Shown here piece by piece: positions 19,926 to 29,644 of a DNA stretch of 64,000 bases. The notes below the pieces were generated by a model. It ran no database searches, had not been told where the DNA came from, and worked only from the letters and a program-made list of their open reading frames with translations. Location: NCBI GenBank assembly GCA_041690135.1, contig JAWLHY010000010.1:96001-160000 (forward strand), written 5' to 3'. Position 1 is the first letter of the stretch, and each line of letters opens with the position of its first letter. The translations under genes were made by a program, and so were the position numbers. This DNA is from Armatimonadota bacterium (GTDB taxonomy: Bacteria > Armatimonadota > SYMT01).

Positions 19926-20102
19926 TACCCCGAAGGGGTGACGGGCTGCACTGCGGGGGCCAATCGTGCAGCAGTCGTCCCGAATCACCCGGATCGCCGG
20001 TGCCAATCTCGAATCGGGAGCGGCGCAGTGCAACCCAGACGGGGCGTAGGCCTGCGCACGAAGTGTTTGGGCTGCAGTGCAATCCATCACCCCTTCGGGG
20101 TA
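19926..20102. repeat. REPIN/MITE-like element with ~29-bp inverted arms
   Basis: TACCCCGAAGGGGTGACGGGCTGCACTGC (19926-54) versus GCAGTGCAATCCATCACCCCTTCGGGGTA (20074-102), 3 mismatches. Confidence 0.8.
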
Positions 20103-20254
20103 CCCGACGCATGCGCTGCAACCGATCATACGGCCGATCGTGCTGAGTTTCCGCGGAGCAGGTCTCTTTACTCCAACTGTTGGAGTGTCGTCCAGTGTCG
20201 TTTGGAATAGTGCGCCGGCCGCCGGGTCAACACTCTCGACATCGGAGGGTCGGA

Positions 20255-21793
20255 TCAGGCACTACTCCCCTGGCTCTGGGCGGGAAGCGCGGAAGATGCA
20301 GCCGTGACGACCTGGTTCCGCCCGCTCTCTTTGGCCCGGTAGAGGTAGCCGTCCGCTACGGCCAGGACGCGCTCGAAGCCCTCCTGGCTAAGGTCGTCGC
20401 TGACCCCCATGCTCATGGTGACCCGAAGGTCCGGATGGACCTGGTGCCAGGGATAACCTTCGATACTCCTCCGGAGGTTCTCACAGCACACGCGGGCCTG
20501 TTCCGCCGAAGTCTGTGGAAAGGCAATCACGAATTCCTCACCCCCATACCGGGCCACCAGATCGCTCTCGCGGACCTGGCTGCCCAGGATTCCCGCGACG
20601 CGGCGGAGCACCTCGTCGCCGGTGCTGTGGGAGAAGCGGTCGTTGATCCGCTTGAAGAAGTCGATGTCGCCGATCATGAATGCCAACGGCTGGCCGTAGC
20701 GGCGCGCTTCGGCAAACATCCGCGCGGCCTGCTCGTCGAAGTGCCGCCGGTTGTAGAGCTGCGTGAGCCCGTCGCGAATACTCAGTTCCTTCAATTGATC
20801 CGCCTGGGCCCGGATCTGTTCCGCAGAGGCTGCCAACTCCTCGTGGGCTCGTGCCAGGTCGCAGCTCATCCGGTTGAAGGCCCGTGCCAGGATGCCGACC
20901 TCATCCAGAGATCCGACCTGGACGCTCTGGCGGAGCTGGCCTTCCCGCATCAGGCGGGTAGCTTGCGTCAGATCCCGGAGACCGGCGCAGAGGCGGCCTC
21001 CAGCGATCAGGCCGAAGACCAAAGTGAAAACTGCGGCCACCACCGCCCCCACCACGAGCGCCTCCCGGATGGCCTGCAGGTAGGCTTGGTCGTCGTCTGT
21101 GAGGTTCGGGGCGGAGAGAGGCGCGGTGTAGCCGATCAGCTTACCCTGGACCTGAAGCGGCGATGCCTTTTTCCGGACGTCCGCATCGACCACTTGCCCT
21201 TCGAGGTAGGTCTCATTATCACCTGATAGCACCTTGCCATCCGGGCCGATCAACAGGAAGCGAAATGGTGGGACTGTGCCCTCGGTCCGCTGCCCGGCCA
21301 TGCGAGATTCCGTAGGGGGGCCAACCCCAACGTTCGGGTTCCCGGGGCCAACGTGCGGAGCGTAAGGTCCAGGCGGCCCCCAAGGCCCGGGGCCCTGCAT
21401 GGGCCCACCCGGAGGGGGCGGAACACCCTGCCGTGGAGGCGCGCCGCCCCTACTATCCATTCCGCCACCCGCCGGCATAGGCGCCGCTTCCGGCCGACGT
21501 ACGCCCAGCCAACCGACCACGTTCTCCAGAGCACCGCCGGTTTCCGCACGGCTGGGAGGAGGCCCCTGGCGTCGACTGAACTCACCAAAGACCTCCGCCT
21601 GGGAGGCTTTTCCCCAGGACCCGTAGGCTTCCACGTATGCCGCCACGTCGTTCCGGAAACGAAGATAGGCGCTGTCCAAATCCGCCTGGCCGAACTCGCG
21701 GAAGAGCATCCAGTGCGCAACGGACCCGATACAGGCGATAGCCATGAAGCTGGTGAAGAGGAGCGCCAAGGTGAACTTCACGCGCAGGGACAT
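20255..21793 (-). CDS. membrane diguanylate cyclase (2 TM, HAMP, GGDEF)
   Basis: DEVGILARAFNRM (HAMP); DGLTQLYNRR, DIDFFKRIND, RESD I-site, YGGEEF. Confidence 0.95.
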   Translation of the reverse strand: MSLRVKFTLALLFTSFMAIACIGSVAHWMLFREFGQADLDSAYLRFRNDVAAYVEAYGSWGKASQAEVFGEFSRRQGPPPSRAETGGALENVVGWLGVRRPEAAPMPAGGGMDSRGGAPPRQGVPPPPGGPMQGPGPWGPPGPYAPHVGPGNPNVGVGPPTESRMAGQRTEGTVPPFRFLLIGPDGKVLSGDNETYLEGQVVDADVRKKASPLQVQGKLIGYTAPLSAPNLTDDDQAYLQAIREALVVGAVVAAVFTLVFGLIAGGRLCAGLRDLTQATRLMREGQLRQSVQVGSLDEVGILARAFNRMSCDLARAHEELAASAEQIRAQADQLKELSIRDGLTQLYNRRHFDEQAARMFAEARRYGQPLAFMIGDIDFFKRINDRFSHSTGDEVLRRVAGILGSQVRESDLVARYGGEEFVIAFPQTSAEQARVCCENLRRSIEGYPWHQVHPDLRVTMSMGVSDDLSQEGFERVLAVADGYLYRAKESGRNQVVTAASSALPAQSQGSSA

Positions 21794-22028
21794 GGTCCGC
21801 CATCCCGCGGGAAAGACGGGCCATCCGTGGCTGGATTTGGATCGCTGCATCATCCGCTCCCTCCTTCCGGCTCGATCTATGTCTCTCCCGGCTTGTGGGC
21901 CAGGCTATCACACCCCTTAGACGAAATCGGTTGCCAATCAGTCCGGCATGGGGTCTCTTTTTCCTGTTAGCATGCTGATGGCAACTCCATCTCGCTTCTT
22001 CAACCAGGTTTCGCTTTTGGAAGTCACC

Positions 22029-22853
22029 ATGCCCGTCGAGTCCCCCTACCCCTCTGCAAACGAACTGATGTCTTTGATCGGCCAGGTCGGCCGGCGTATG
22101 GCCGAGATCGACGCCAGCGAGGGCGCGGCCGGCAACATCTCGGTGTACACCGCCTGGGCTCTGGAGGCGGGGCACGCGTTTACGGAAGTCGAGCTGCTCG
22201 ACCTTCCCGAACCTGCTCCGGAACTGGCGGGCGGGTCGCTGTTGGTGACGGGGTCGGGGCGTCGTCTGCGAGAGATCCACGACGACCCGGAAGCCAACCT
22301 GGGACTGCTACAATTTGGCGCGGACGGCCGGACAGCGCTGCTCCACACCTCTCACCGCCGCCTGTTTGCGCGATTGACCAGCGAATTGAATTCACACCTG
22401 GCGGTGCACCGAGACCAGGTCGCGCGGACCGGCACCAACTTCCACGCGCTGGTTCACGCGCAACCGCTCCACCTGACCTACCTCAGCCACATTCCGCGCT
22501 ACCAGGACACCCTGTACCTCAACCGCCACATTCTCCGGTGGGAACCGGAATGCATCGTCCACTTTCCGGAAGGGGTCGGCTACATCCCGTTCATGGTGCC
22601 GGGCTCGTCGGAGCTGATGGCAGCCAACGTGGAGATGCTGCGCCGACACCGGATGGTACTCTGGGCGAAGCACGGGGTAATGGCCCGCTCGGACAGTTCC
22701 GTGAAACGGGCCTGCGACTGGATCGAATATGCGGAAACGGGAGCCCGGTATGAGTACCTCAACCTGACCAACCACGGACTGGCGGACGGCCTCACCGCCG
22801 CGGAGATTCACGCTGTTTGCGAGGCGTTCGGAGTGAAACAGGAGATCTTCTGA
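22029..22853 (+). CDS. class II aldolase/adducin family (rhamnulose-1-phosphate aldolase-like)
   Basis: AGNISV, TSELNSH, VHAQP, WAKHGV. Confidence 0.85.
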   Translation: MPVESPYPSANELMSLIGQVGRRMAEIDASEGAAGNISVYTAWALEAGHAFTEVELLDLPEPAPELAGGSLLVTGSGRRLREIHDDPEANLGLLQFGADGRTALLHTSHRRLFARLTSELNSHLAVHRDQVARTGTNFHALVHAQPLHLTYLSHIPRYQDTLYLNRHILRWEPECIVHFPEGVGYIPFMVPGSSELMAANVEMLRRHRMVLWAKHGVMARSDSSVKRACDWIEYAETGARYEYLNLTNHGLADGLTAAEIHAVCEAFGVKQEIF

Positions 22854-22862
22854 GCGTCTCGC

Positions 22863-23549
22863 TTACGCGTAGGCAATCCAACCCCGCCACGAGAGGCCCG
22901 CAAAGAAGAGCTCGGCAACCGTGAACCCAGCTTCGGTCAGCAACGCCTCCTCCCGGGCGGGCGACACGGGGTGGAAGCTGCTCCGTATCGCCGCCTTCAT
23001 TTCCTCTCCGCGTTCGGGATCGGAGCCGGCGAACCGCATGAACCGCTCCCACTTCTGGTCCGCGTCCGGCGCGGTCAGGTCGATGCAGTGATCGACGATG
23101 GCGAAGGGGCCGCCGGGGACGAGGCGCTGGCGGATGGAACGCAGGGCTTCCAGCTTGTGCCCGTCGTCGGGCAGGAAGTGTAGCGTGAGAAGGCAAGTGG
23201 CGGCGTCGAACGGGCCGGGAGGTGCGTCTGGGAGGAAGCCCTCCATTAACTCCACCCGCTCCGCCAGTTCACCCAGCGTCCGCCTCGCCTGATCCAGCAT
23301 GGGGCGCGATGGGTCCACCCCCACGAACATCCAACCCGGCTGCGCCTGCGAGAATGCGAGCAACTCCATTCCGCCTCCGGCGCCCAGCACAAGTAAACGG
23401 GCTCGAGACCCCACGCGCTCCGCCAGCAACTGCACCACCATGCGATGCAGGGTAGCGAAACCGGGAATTGCGCGACCCGGGCCTTCCGCATACCGGCTGA
23501 CGCGTTCCGGATCGGTGAAAACCGGGTGGACCGGACTTGATTTCGACAT
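22863..23549 (-). CDS. class I SAM-dependent methyltransferase (CmoA-like)
   Basis: LVLGAGGGME, GVDPS..ML, FDAATCLLTLHF. Confidence 0.9.
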   Translation of the reverse strand: MSKSSPVHPVFTDPERVSRYAEGPGRAIPGFATLHRMVVQLLAERVGSRARLLVLGAGGGMELLAFSQAQPGWMFVGVDPSRPMLDQARRTLGELAERVELMEGFLPDAPPGPFDAATCLLTLHFLPDDGHKLEALRSIRQRLVPGGPFAIVDHCIDLTAPDADQKWERFMRFAGSDPERGEEMKAAIRSSFHPVSPAREEALLTEAGFTVAELFFAGLSWRGWIAYA

Positions 23550-23960
23550 GGCACATCCCTCGTATCGCAGTCATTCTTCGAATCTCTGTCGGACCTTTCG
23601 ATCGCGCAATCTGGTCATGCGCGCCGATAGGGAGACCGGCTGGACTATGATACGCGGGTTTCGGGGCTGGAGCTTTGCTAGTTATGGCCGGACTCATACC
23701 TGAACCGTATGAATGAAACGACCCGGCCGTCCTTCGCAAAAAAGGCAGCTAACTACGCCCCTGCAGACGAGCCATTAATCCCTTACCAGTGCGCTTCTGC
23801 GCAAAACGCACGCAAATGGTGTTGCTTCGGAAAACTAGCGCGCGTCATCCATACGGACCTGCGGTTTGCGAGCCCCAACCGGTCCGTCGCTAGCCACGCG
23901 CGCCGTACTTTGGTGGGTGTCGCTTTCGAGTGCGAGATCCGTCCAATGCGGGGCGCGAGT

Positions 23961-24171
23961 TTACCCGGCGTAGCATAGGGCAATCCCCCTGGTGACCGCA
24001 GTGGGGCTCGACCCCGGTAGGTCGCCCTCCGACCCTTGGGTTCCGCAGCGAATGCTGCAAAGCGGGCGAACGGTGGTGAAGGCGGCGGCGCAGAGGACAG
24101 GGGGATTGACGCAGTCGCTATGGCTCCCTCGCAATGACGCCTTCCTCTTTGGTTCCGGCTACGCCGGGTAA
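23961..24171. mobile_element. 211-bp MITE-like element with 14-bp perfect terminal inverted repeats
   Basis: TTACCCGGCGTAGC...GCTACGCCGGGTAA; internal REP-like GATTGACGCAGTCGCTATGGCTCCCTCGCAATGAC; no credible ORF and no obvious target duplication. Confidence 0.55.
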
Positions 24172-24335
24172 GGGGGTGTGTGGAAGTAACTGAGCAGGTA
24201 AGGTACGCCACTTGGAGGCCGACACCCACTCCCGCGGATACCCGGCGCCGTCACTCCGGCAAGCCTCGCTGATCCGAGTGGAGAAACAGGTTCGTGCCGC
24301 GTGGTCAAAACTGTTCAGATACTTCCCCCATCCCC

Positions 24336-25823
24336 TTAGCTCCGGAGCAGGCCCTGGACCACATTTCCGAACACATCGGTGAGCCGGAAGTCGCGGCCCT
24401 GGTAGTGGTAAGTGAGCCGGGTGTGGTCGATGCCGAGCTGGTGTAGGAGCGTGGCCTGCATGTCGTGGACGTGGACTGGGTCGCGGCCGACGTTGTAACA
24501 AAAATCGTCGGAGGCGCCGTAGACGGTTCCACCCTTGAAGCCTCCGCCCGCGACCCACATGCTGTACACGGAGCCGAGGTGATCGCGCCCGTGGCCGTTC
24601 GGCTTGGTCAGGTCGCCCTGAACGAAGACGGTGCGGCCGAACTCGCTGGCCCAGAGGACGATGGTGTCGTCCAGCATTCCTCGCTGCTTCAGGTCCTTGA
24701 TGAGGGCGGCGGAAGGCTGGTCGGTGTCCTTGCACTGGACCGCGAGCTGTGTGCTCAGGTTTCCATGCTGGTCCCACCCGGAGTGCATCAACTGCACGAA
24801 GCGGGTCCCCCGCTCGACCAACCGGCGCGCCAGCAGGCAGTTGCGGGCATACGAGCCGGGCCGCTCCACATCCGGACCGTACATTTCCAGCACGTGCTTC
24901 GGTTCTTTGGAAACATCGAGCAACTCGGGCACCGAAGCCTGCATGCGGTAGGCGAGCTCGTACTGGGTGATACGGGTCTCGATTTCGGGGTCGCCGTAGT
25001 CGGCCAGCCGCTTCCGGTTGAGCTCGGCGATGTCGTCCAGCATCCCCCGCCGCAGATCCCGGGTTACCCCATCCGGGTTGGCCAGGTAGAGGACCGGATC
25101 CCCCTCCCCCCGGAACCGGACCCCCTGGAACTTCGACGGCAGAAAGCCGCTGCCCCAATAGTAGTCGTAGAAGAGCTGGCCGCATGTCCGTCCCACGTCG
25201 GTAGAGGTCATCACGCAGAAGGCGGGAAGGTCGCTGGTCATGCTCCCCAGGCCGTAGGTAGCCCAGGCCCCCATGCTGGGACGGCCGGGAATCTGGCTGC
25301 CGGTGAGCATGAAGGTGACGCCCGGCGCGTGGTTGACCGCCTCCGTGTGCATCGAGTTGATGAGGCAGAGGTCGTCCGCCACGGAGCCCAGGTGCGGCAG
25401 CAACTCCGAGAGCCACATCCCGCTCTTCCCAAACTGCTTGAACGGGCGGATAGGCGGCAACACCGGGTAAGACTTGTAACCGGCGGTCATCGTCGAGAGG
25501 CGGGCCTTCGATCGCACTGAATCTGGCACCTGCTGACCGCGCTGTGCTTCCAGGCCGGGCTTGTGGTCGAAGAGGTCTACGTGCGATGGGGCTCCCCCCT
25601 GCCACAGGACGATCACCCGCTTGGCGCGCGCCGGGAAGTGCGCCCCGGCCGCTCCGGACTTCGTGGCTGCCAGTGCACCGGAAGAAGATCGCGAGGCAAC
25701 GGGCGCGGCCAGGCCCTCCTCCTGCAGCAGGGTAGCCAGGGCCGCCACGCCGATCCCGGACGCCGTGCGCCCGAAGAACTCCCGGCGGGATAGGTGCAGA
25801 TCTTTCTCGAATTGAGGGTTCAC
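24336..25823 (-). CDS. DUF1501 family protein (Tat)
   Basis: SRREFF, AKRVI...GAPSHVDLFD, CLLARRLVERGTRFVQL, SEFGRT, RLTDVFG. Confidence 0.95.
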   Translation of the reverse strand: MNPQFEKDLHLSRREFFGRTASGIGVAALATLLQEEGLAAPVASRSSSGALAATKSGAAGAHFPARAKRVIVLWQGGAPSHVDLFDHKPGLEAQRGQQVPDSVRSKARLSTMTAGYKSYPVLPPIRPFKQFGKSGMWLSELLPHLGSVADDLCLINSMHTEAVNHAPGVTFMLTGSQIPGRPSMGAWATYGLGSMTSDLPAFCVMTSTDVGRTCGQLFYDYYWGSGFLPSKFQGVRFRGEGDPVLYLANPDGVTRDLRRGMLDDIAELNRKRLADYGDPEIETRITQYELAYRMQASVPELLDVSKEPKHVLEMYGPDVERPGSYARNCLLARRLVERGTRFVQLMHSGWDQHGNLSTQLAVQCKDTDQPSAALIKDLKQRGMLDDTIVLWASEFGRTVFVQGDLTKPNGHGRDHLGSVYSMWVAGGGFKGGTVYGASDDFCYNVGRDPVHVHDMQATLLHQLGIDHTRLTYHYQGRDFRLTDVFGNVVQGLLRS

Positions 25824-25836
25824 GGCTCGGCACTTC

Positions 25837-28800
25837 CTATTCGCGGGTCAGGGCTTCGTCCAGGTTGTAGATGGCGAGGCAAACGGAAGCGTAGGCGGCA
25901 TGTTCCACCGAGTCGAGGGAAGTGTCGCGGGGACTTTCCCCAGCTTTCAGGTACGCTTCCGCCGCGCCAGGTTTCGCCCGGTAGGTTGCAAGGGTACGGT
26001 CCAGGCCCCGGCGCAGGACCTTCAGCTCGCCGGCATCCGGACGGCGAGCGCACACACGCCGGAATGCTTCGGTGAGGCGGGCTTCGGGGGAGGGCCCCGC
26101 TTCCTTCATCACCCGCTCCGCCAGGGCACGACCCGCCTCCACCCACGTGACGTCGTTGAGCGTGGTGAGGGCGTGCAGCGGGGTGCTGGTGATCGTCAAC
26201 CGCACCTTACACGTGTTGCGCACGGAAGCATCGAACATATTCGCGGGCGCGACGGTCCGCCGCCAGAAGGTGTAGAGGCTCCGCCGGAAAAGGTCCGCCC
26301 CCTTCGACTGGGGGTAGGTGAAGTCGCGCTCCTTCGTGATCGCGAGGCCGTCCCAGATTCCCTTCGGCTGATATGGGTAGACCGGCTTCCCGCCCATTCG
26401 GCGGTCGAGCAGTCCGCTCGAGGCGAGGGCCACGTCCCGCAGCAGCATCGAATGCATGCGATACCGGGCGCCGCGCGCCAGCAGCCGGTTCTCCGGGTCC
26501 TTCCGCCGCAGCTCCGGCGTCACTTTGGAGCTCTGCCGGTAGGTAGTGCTGGTGACGATGAGGCGGACCAGGGATTTCATGGACCAGCCAAGGCCTTCGG
26601 CGGGGTTGGGGGCCTGCGACTGGGGGCCAGTCCGGAAGGATGAAGGATGAAGGATGAAGGATGACCTCGAACCTCGGGGATTGGAAGCGGCTGCGGTCAA
26701 CAGCGCTATGTCCCCCCCGCTCTCCGCACCCTTGCTCCCTTGCGCTGTGGTGAAACTACCCGCACCGGAGAACACGGAGGCGAGGTAGTCCAGGAGCTCG
26801 GGGTGAGACGGTGGGTCGGCCTGGGTGCCGAGGTTTTCGGAGGTTTTGACGAGGCCCTGGCCGAAGAACTGTTGCCAAAAGCGGTTGACCTGCACGCGGG
26901 CCGTGAGGGGGTTCTCCGGGCTCACCAGCCACCGGGCCAGGCCGAGGCGGTTCCGGGGGTATTCGGCGGGCATGGGCGGCAACGCGGTGGGGGTGCCGGG
27001 CTGCACCTCTTCCCGCGGGGCCTCGTAGTTGCCACGGTCCAGGATGTGCGTCTTCCGAGGACGCGCGTCGGACATGATCATCACGCGTGGAAGGGTCTTC
27101 CGGAACTCGTCCCGCGCCCCTTCGGCAGCCTGCAGCCGGGCGTGCAGCTCTTTCAGGCCGCCCGGCGCTTCCGCAGCGAGAAACGCATCCCGGACCTTCT
27201 TCGCATCGGCGGTGGATCGCTTGTCCGCGGCCGTCTTGAGGGCGGCAAGCAGGTCGTCCGGCAGCTTGTTCTCCAGGACACGGAAATAGAAGCCCGCCGG
27301 ACCGCCGCCGTTGGCGATCTTGACCAACAGCCGGTTTTCTCCTGGCACCAGCGACACCGTGACCTTGTCCTGATCCGGCAGCACGCCGCGCGTGATCGGG
27401 TTCGCGTGAACCTGCGCGCCGTTCAGCCAGACCTTGATACCGTCGTCGCTGCCGAGGGAGAGCGTTACCGTGCGCGGTCCCTCCGCCTGGAGCGTGCGGT
27501 AGAGATAGAAGGCAAAGTTCTCACCGCCGGAGATCTCCTGGAGCTTACCGTCCGCCCATTCGGGACGGGGAGTCCAGCGGAGTTTTCCACCCTCGTAGGC
27601 GGCGGAAAGGTCGACTTTCTTCTCTGGTGCAAATTCGGTCCGGAAGGCCTGCTCGAACCCATCGGCCGGAAAGGGCCCGATGGCACGCCAGGGGTCCAAC
27701 TTCGGCGCGGCTCCCACTTCCTTCAGGCGCTGTGCTTCCCACCGGGCCTGGGCGGTCTGCAGTTCGGCCTCGTGCTCGCGCTCGTACTTCTCCGCGGCAG
27801 TACGGGCCGCAGTCGCGGCTGCTTCCAGCGTGTCGAGCCGGGACATCTCCTCGGGGCTGCCCGCGTACATCCAGGGATCCGCGATGCGATACTGACCACC
27901 GAAGGGAGGCGTGCCGGTCTCCGGGACGTTGTTGAAGAACGCCATGAAGGAGTAGTAGTCCTTCTGCGTCAGCGGATCGTACTTGTGATCGTGGCACTGG
28001 GCGCAGGCGAGCGTGGCGCCCAGCCAGTTGGTGGCGGTAACGTCCACCCGGTCGAACAGGATCACATTCCGCTGCTCTTCCGGAATGGCGCCCCCTTCCC
28101 CGTTCAGCAGGTGCAGGCGGTTGAAGCCCGTCGCCAGCTTCTGCTCGAAGGTGGCATTGGGGAGCAGATCGCCCGCCAATTGATAGATGGTGAACCGATC
28201 GAACGGCATGTCCTGGTTGAGGGCCCCGACGAGCCAGTCCCGCCAGACGTACTGGTAGGTGTCGCCATCCTGCTGGAAGCCGTTGCTGTCCGCGTAACGG
28301 GCTGCGTCCAGCCAGGGCAGGGCCATCCTCTCGCCGTAGTGTGGGCTGGTGAGAAGACGGTCGACGACCTTCTCATAGGCGTCCGGAGAGCGGTCGGCCA
28401 GGAAGGCATCCACCTCCCGCGGGGTCGGCGGCAGCCCGGTGAGGTCCAGCGTCACGCGACGCAGCAGGGTGGCCCGATCCGCTTCGGGAGACGGGCGGAG
28501 GCCTTCCTGCTCCAGACGTGCCAGAATGAAGGCGTCGATCGGGTTGCGAACCCAGGATTTCTGGCGCGGGGTGGGAACCTTCGGACGACGGACCGGCTCG
28601 TAGGCCCAGTGCCGCGCGGGTCCGCCTTCCGCCCAGACCGCCCCCTGGTCGATCCAGGCGCGCACCTCGCCGATCTTCTCGGGCGAAAGTGGCGCAAAGC
28701 CGAGCGGCATCCGCGGCTTGCCCCCATGCCCCAGCATGCGCGTCACCAGGAGGCTCTTCGCTCCCTGGCCGGGAACCAGACCGGGACCGCCAACGCCTCC

Positions 28801-29127
28801 CTTGAGGGCCAGTTCCCGCGAGTCAAGACGGAGTCCCCCTTGCTGCTGGGAACCGCCGTGGCAATCGAGGCAGTGGGCCTTGAGGATCGGCTGGATATCG
28901 CGGGTAAAGTCGACGTTGGGAGCGGCTTTGGCCCGAGAGGCCGCCTCTCCTTGGGTGGTTCCGCCTGATGCTCGCCTGGCGGGAATCACAGTTTTGCGGT
29001 TCGTCTTGGCAGGGGAGCCCTTCTGGCCTACCGCGGTCGCGGCGGGGATCCCGCAGAGCATGAACACCGCGGCGGAGAGCGCGCCACGTCGATGGCAGCT
29101 GAGCAACTTCCTCTTCCTCATCAGCAT
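25837..29127 (-). CDS. planctomycete cytochrome c + DUF1549 + DUF1553 (PSD1) protein
   Basis: CLDCH, NPIDAFI, CAQCHDHKYDP, NPLTARVQVNR, HPELLDYLA, final TRE. Confidence 0.95.
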   Translation of the reverse strand: MLMRKRKLLSCHRRGALSAAVFMLCGIPAATAVGQKGSPAKTNRKTVIPARRASGGTTQGEAASRAKAAPNVDFTRDIQPILKAHCLDCHGGSQQQGGLRLDSRELALKGGVGGPGLVPGQGAKSLLVTRMLGHGGKPRMPLGFAPLSPEKIGEVRAWIDQGAVWAEGGPARHWAYEPVRRPKVPTPRQKSWVRNPIDAFILARLEQEGLRPSPEADRATLLRRVTLDLTGLPPTPREVDAFLADRSPDAYEKVVDRLLTSPHYGERMALPWLDAARYADSNGFQQDGDTYQYVWRDWLVGALNQDMPFDRFTIYQLAGDLLPNATFEQKLATGFNRLHLLNGEGGAIPEEQRNVILFDRVDVTATNWLGATLACAQCHDHKYDPLTQKDYYSFMAFFNNVPETGTPPFGGQYRIADPWMYAGSPEEMSRLDTLEAAATAARTAAEKYEREHEAELQTAQARWEAQRLKEVGAAPKLDPWRAIGPFPADGFEQAFRTEFAPEKKVDLSAAYEGGKLRWTPRPEWADGKLQEISGGENFAFYLYRTLQAEGPRTVTLSLGSDDGIKVWLNGAQVHANPITRGVLPDQDKVTVSLVPGENRLLVKIANGGGPAGFYFRVLENKLPDDLLAALKTAADKRSTADAKKVRDAFLAAEAPGGLKELHARLQAAEGARDEFRKTLPRVMIMSDARPRKTHILDRGNYEAPREEVQPGTPTALPPMPAEYPRNRLGLARWLVSPENPLTARVQVNRFWQQFFGQGLVKTSENLGTQADPPSHPELLDYLASVFSGAGSFTTAQGSKGAESGGDIALLTAAASNPRGSRSSFILHPSSFRTGPQSQAPNPAEGLGWSMKSLVRLIVTSTTYRQSSKVTPELRRKDPENRLLARGARYRMHSMLLRDVALASSGLLDRRMGGKPVYPYQPKGIWDGLAITKERDFTYPQSKGADLFRRSLYTFWRRTVAPANMFDASVRNTCKVRLTITSTPLHALTTLNDVTWVEAGRALAERVMKEAGPSPEARLTEAFRRVCARRPDAGELKVLRRGLDRTLATYRAKPGAAEAYLKAGESPRDTSLDSVEHAAYASVCLAIYNLDEALTRE
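26635..26664 (+). repeat. (GAAGGAT)4 heptamer tandem repeat inside the PSD1 gene
   Basis: Four exact copies plus GA; reads SSFILHPSSF on the coding strand. Confidence 0.9.
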
Positions 29128-29303
29128 GGGGAACCGTCCGCGGTACGGCACCGCGTCTGCGGGTTTTGTTACGCCTGGCCGCCGCTTGTTTCAGGAGATC
29201 GTGTGGCAGGTGGCTACCTGCCATACCTGTCAGGTAGATCCAGTTTGCCCGTCGCCAGATAGGGTTCCTGCTCAAGCCGGTCCTGGCAATCGAACATCCA
29301 GGC

Positions 29304-29543
29304 TTGGTGTTAGGGTCGCCACCCCCCGAAATCCGGGATGCCTTGCCCCATCGGGTGCCGGTCCTGGTGGATGCCAGACCGGGCAGGTACCGGCTCTCGC
29401 AGACCGTGTACCTGGAGATTTCCGGCGCGCGGTCTCCGGAAGGCGGGTTCTCGACGCCCGCACCTACGACCGACGGATTTCACCCCCGCCATACGCTCAC
29501 CAGTGGGGAGTTGCGATTGGAGATTGCAGTGGGTCGGCGATAA
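29304..29543 (+). pseudogene. possible C-terminal remnant of a secreted protein
   Basis: PGRYRLSQTVYLEI...TLTSGELRLEI resembles the end of a beta-sandwich; no RBS or good start. Confidence 0.3.
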
Positions 29544-29644
29544 GCGCTCCCAGAGCGCCGGTGGCGGAGAGACGCAGGGTTCATACGCACGACTGTAACC
29601 CGATGGCACACGCGGGCATCTACACGATGGAAGGAGCACACCCA

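Noticed and set aside
21923-21934. LacI-like core GAAATCGGTTGC upstream of the aldolase
   Set aside because: Short degenerate match without the flanking T/A and no LacI gene nearby; could be chance.
23660-23790. tmRNA-like tag (AKKAANYAPA)
   Set aside because: No ALAA-stop ending and no tRNA-like 5' or 3' ends.
26740-28968. Long opposite-strand ORFs (also 1733-3403, 41855-44068, 43605-45935, 46244-47764)
   Set aside because: Expected stop-poor shadows of high-GC3 genes; no recognisable motifs.
29370-29420. Cobalamin-riboswitch-like GAGCCGG-TACCTGCC on the minus strand
   Set aside because: Upstream core elements are missing and the downstream gene is unrelated to B12.
28718-29644. N-terminal 309 aa of the 876-aa ORF
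   Set aside because: Overlaps the PSD1 gene antisense; RBS and signal peptide place the start at 29645.
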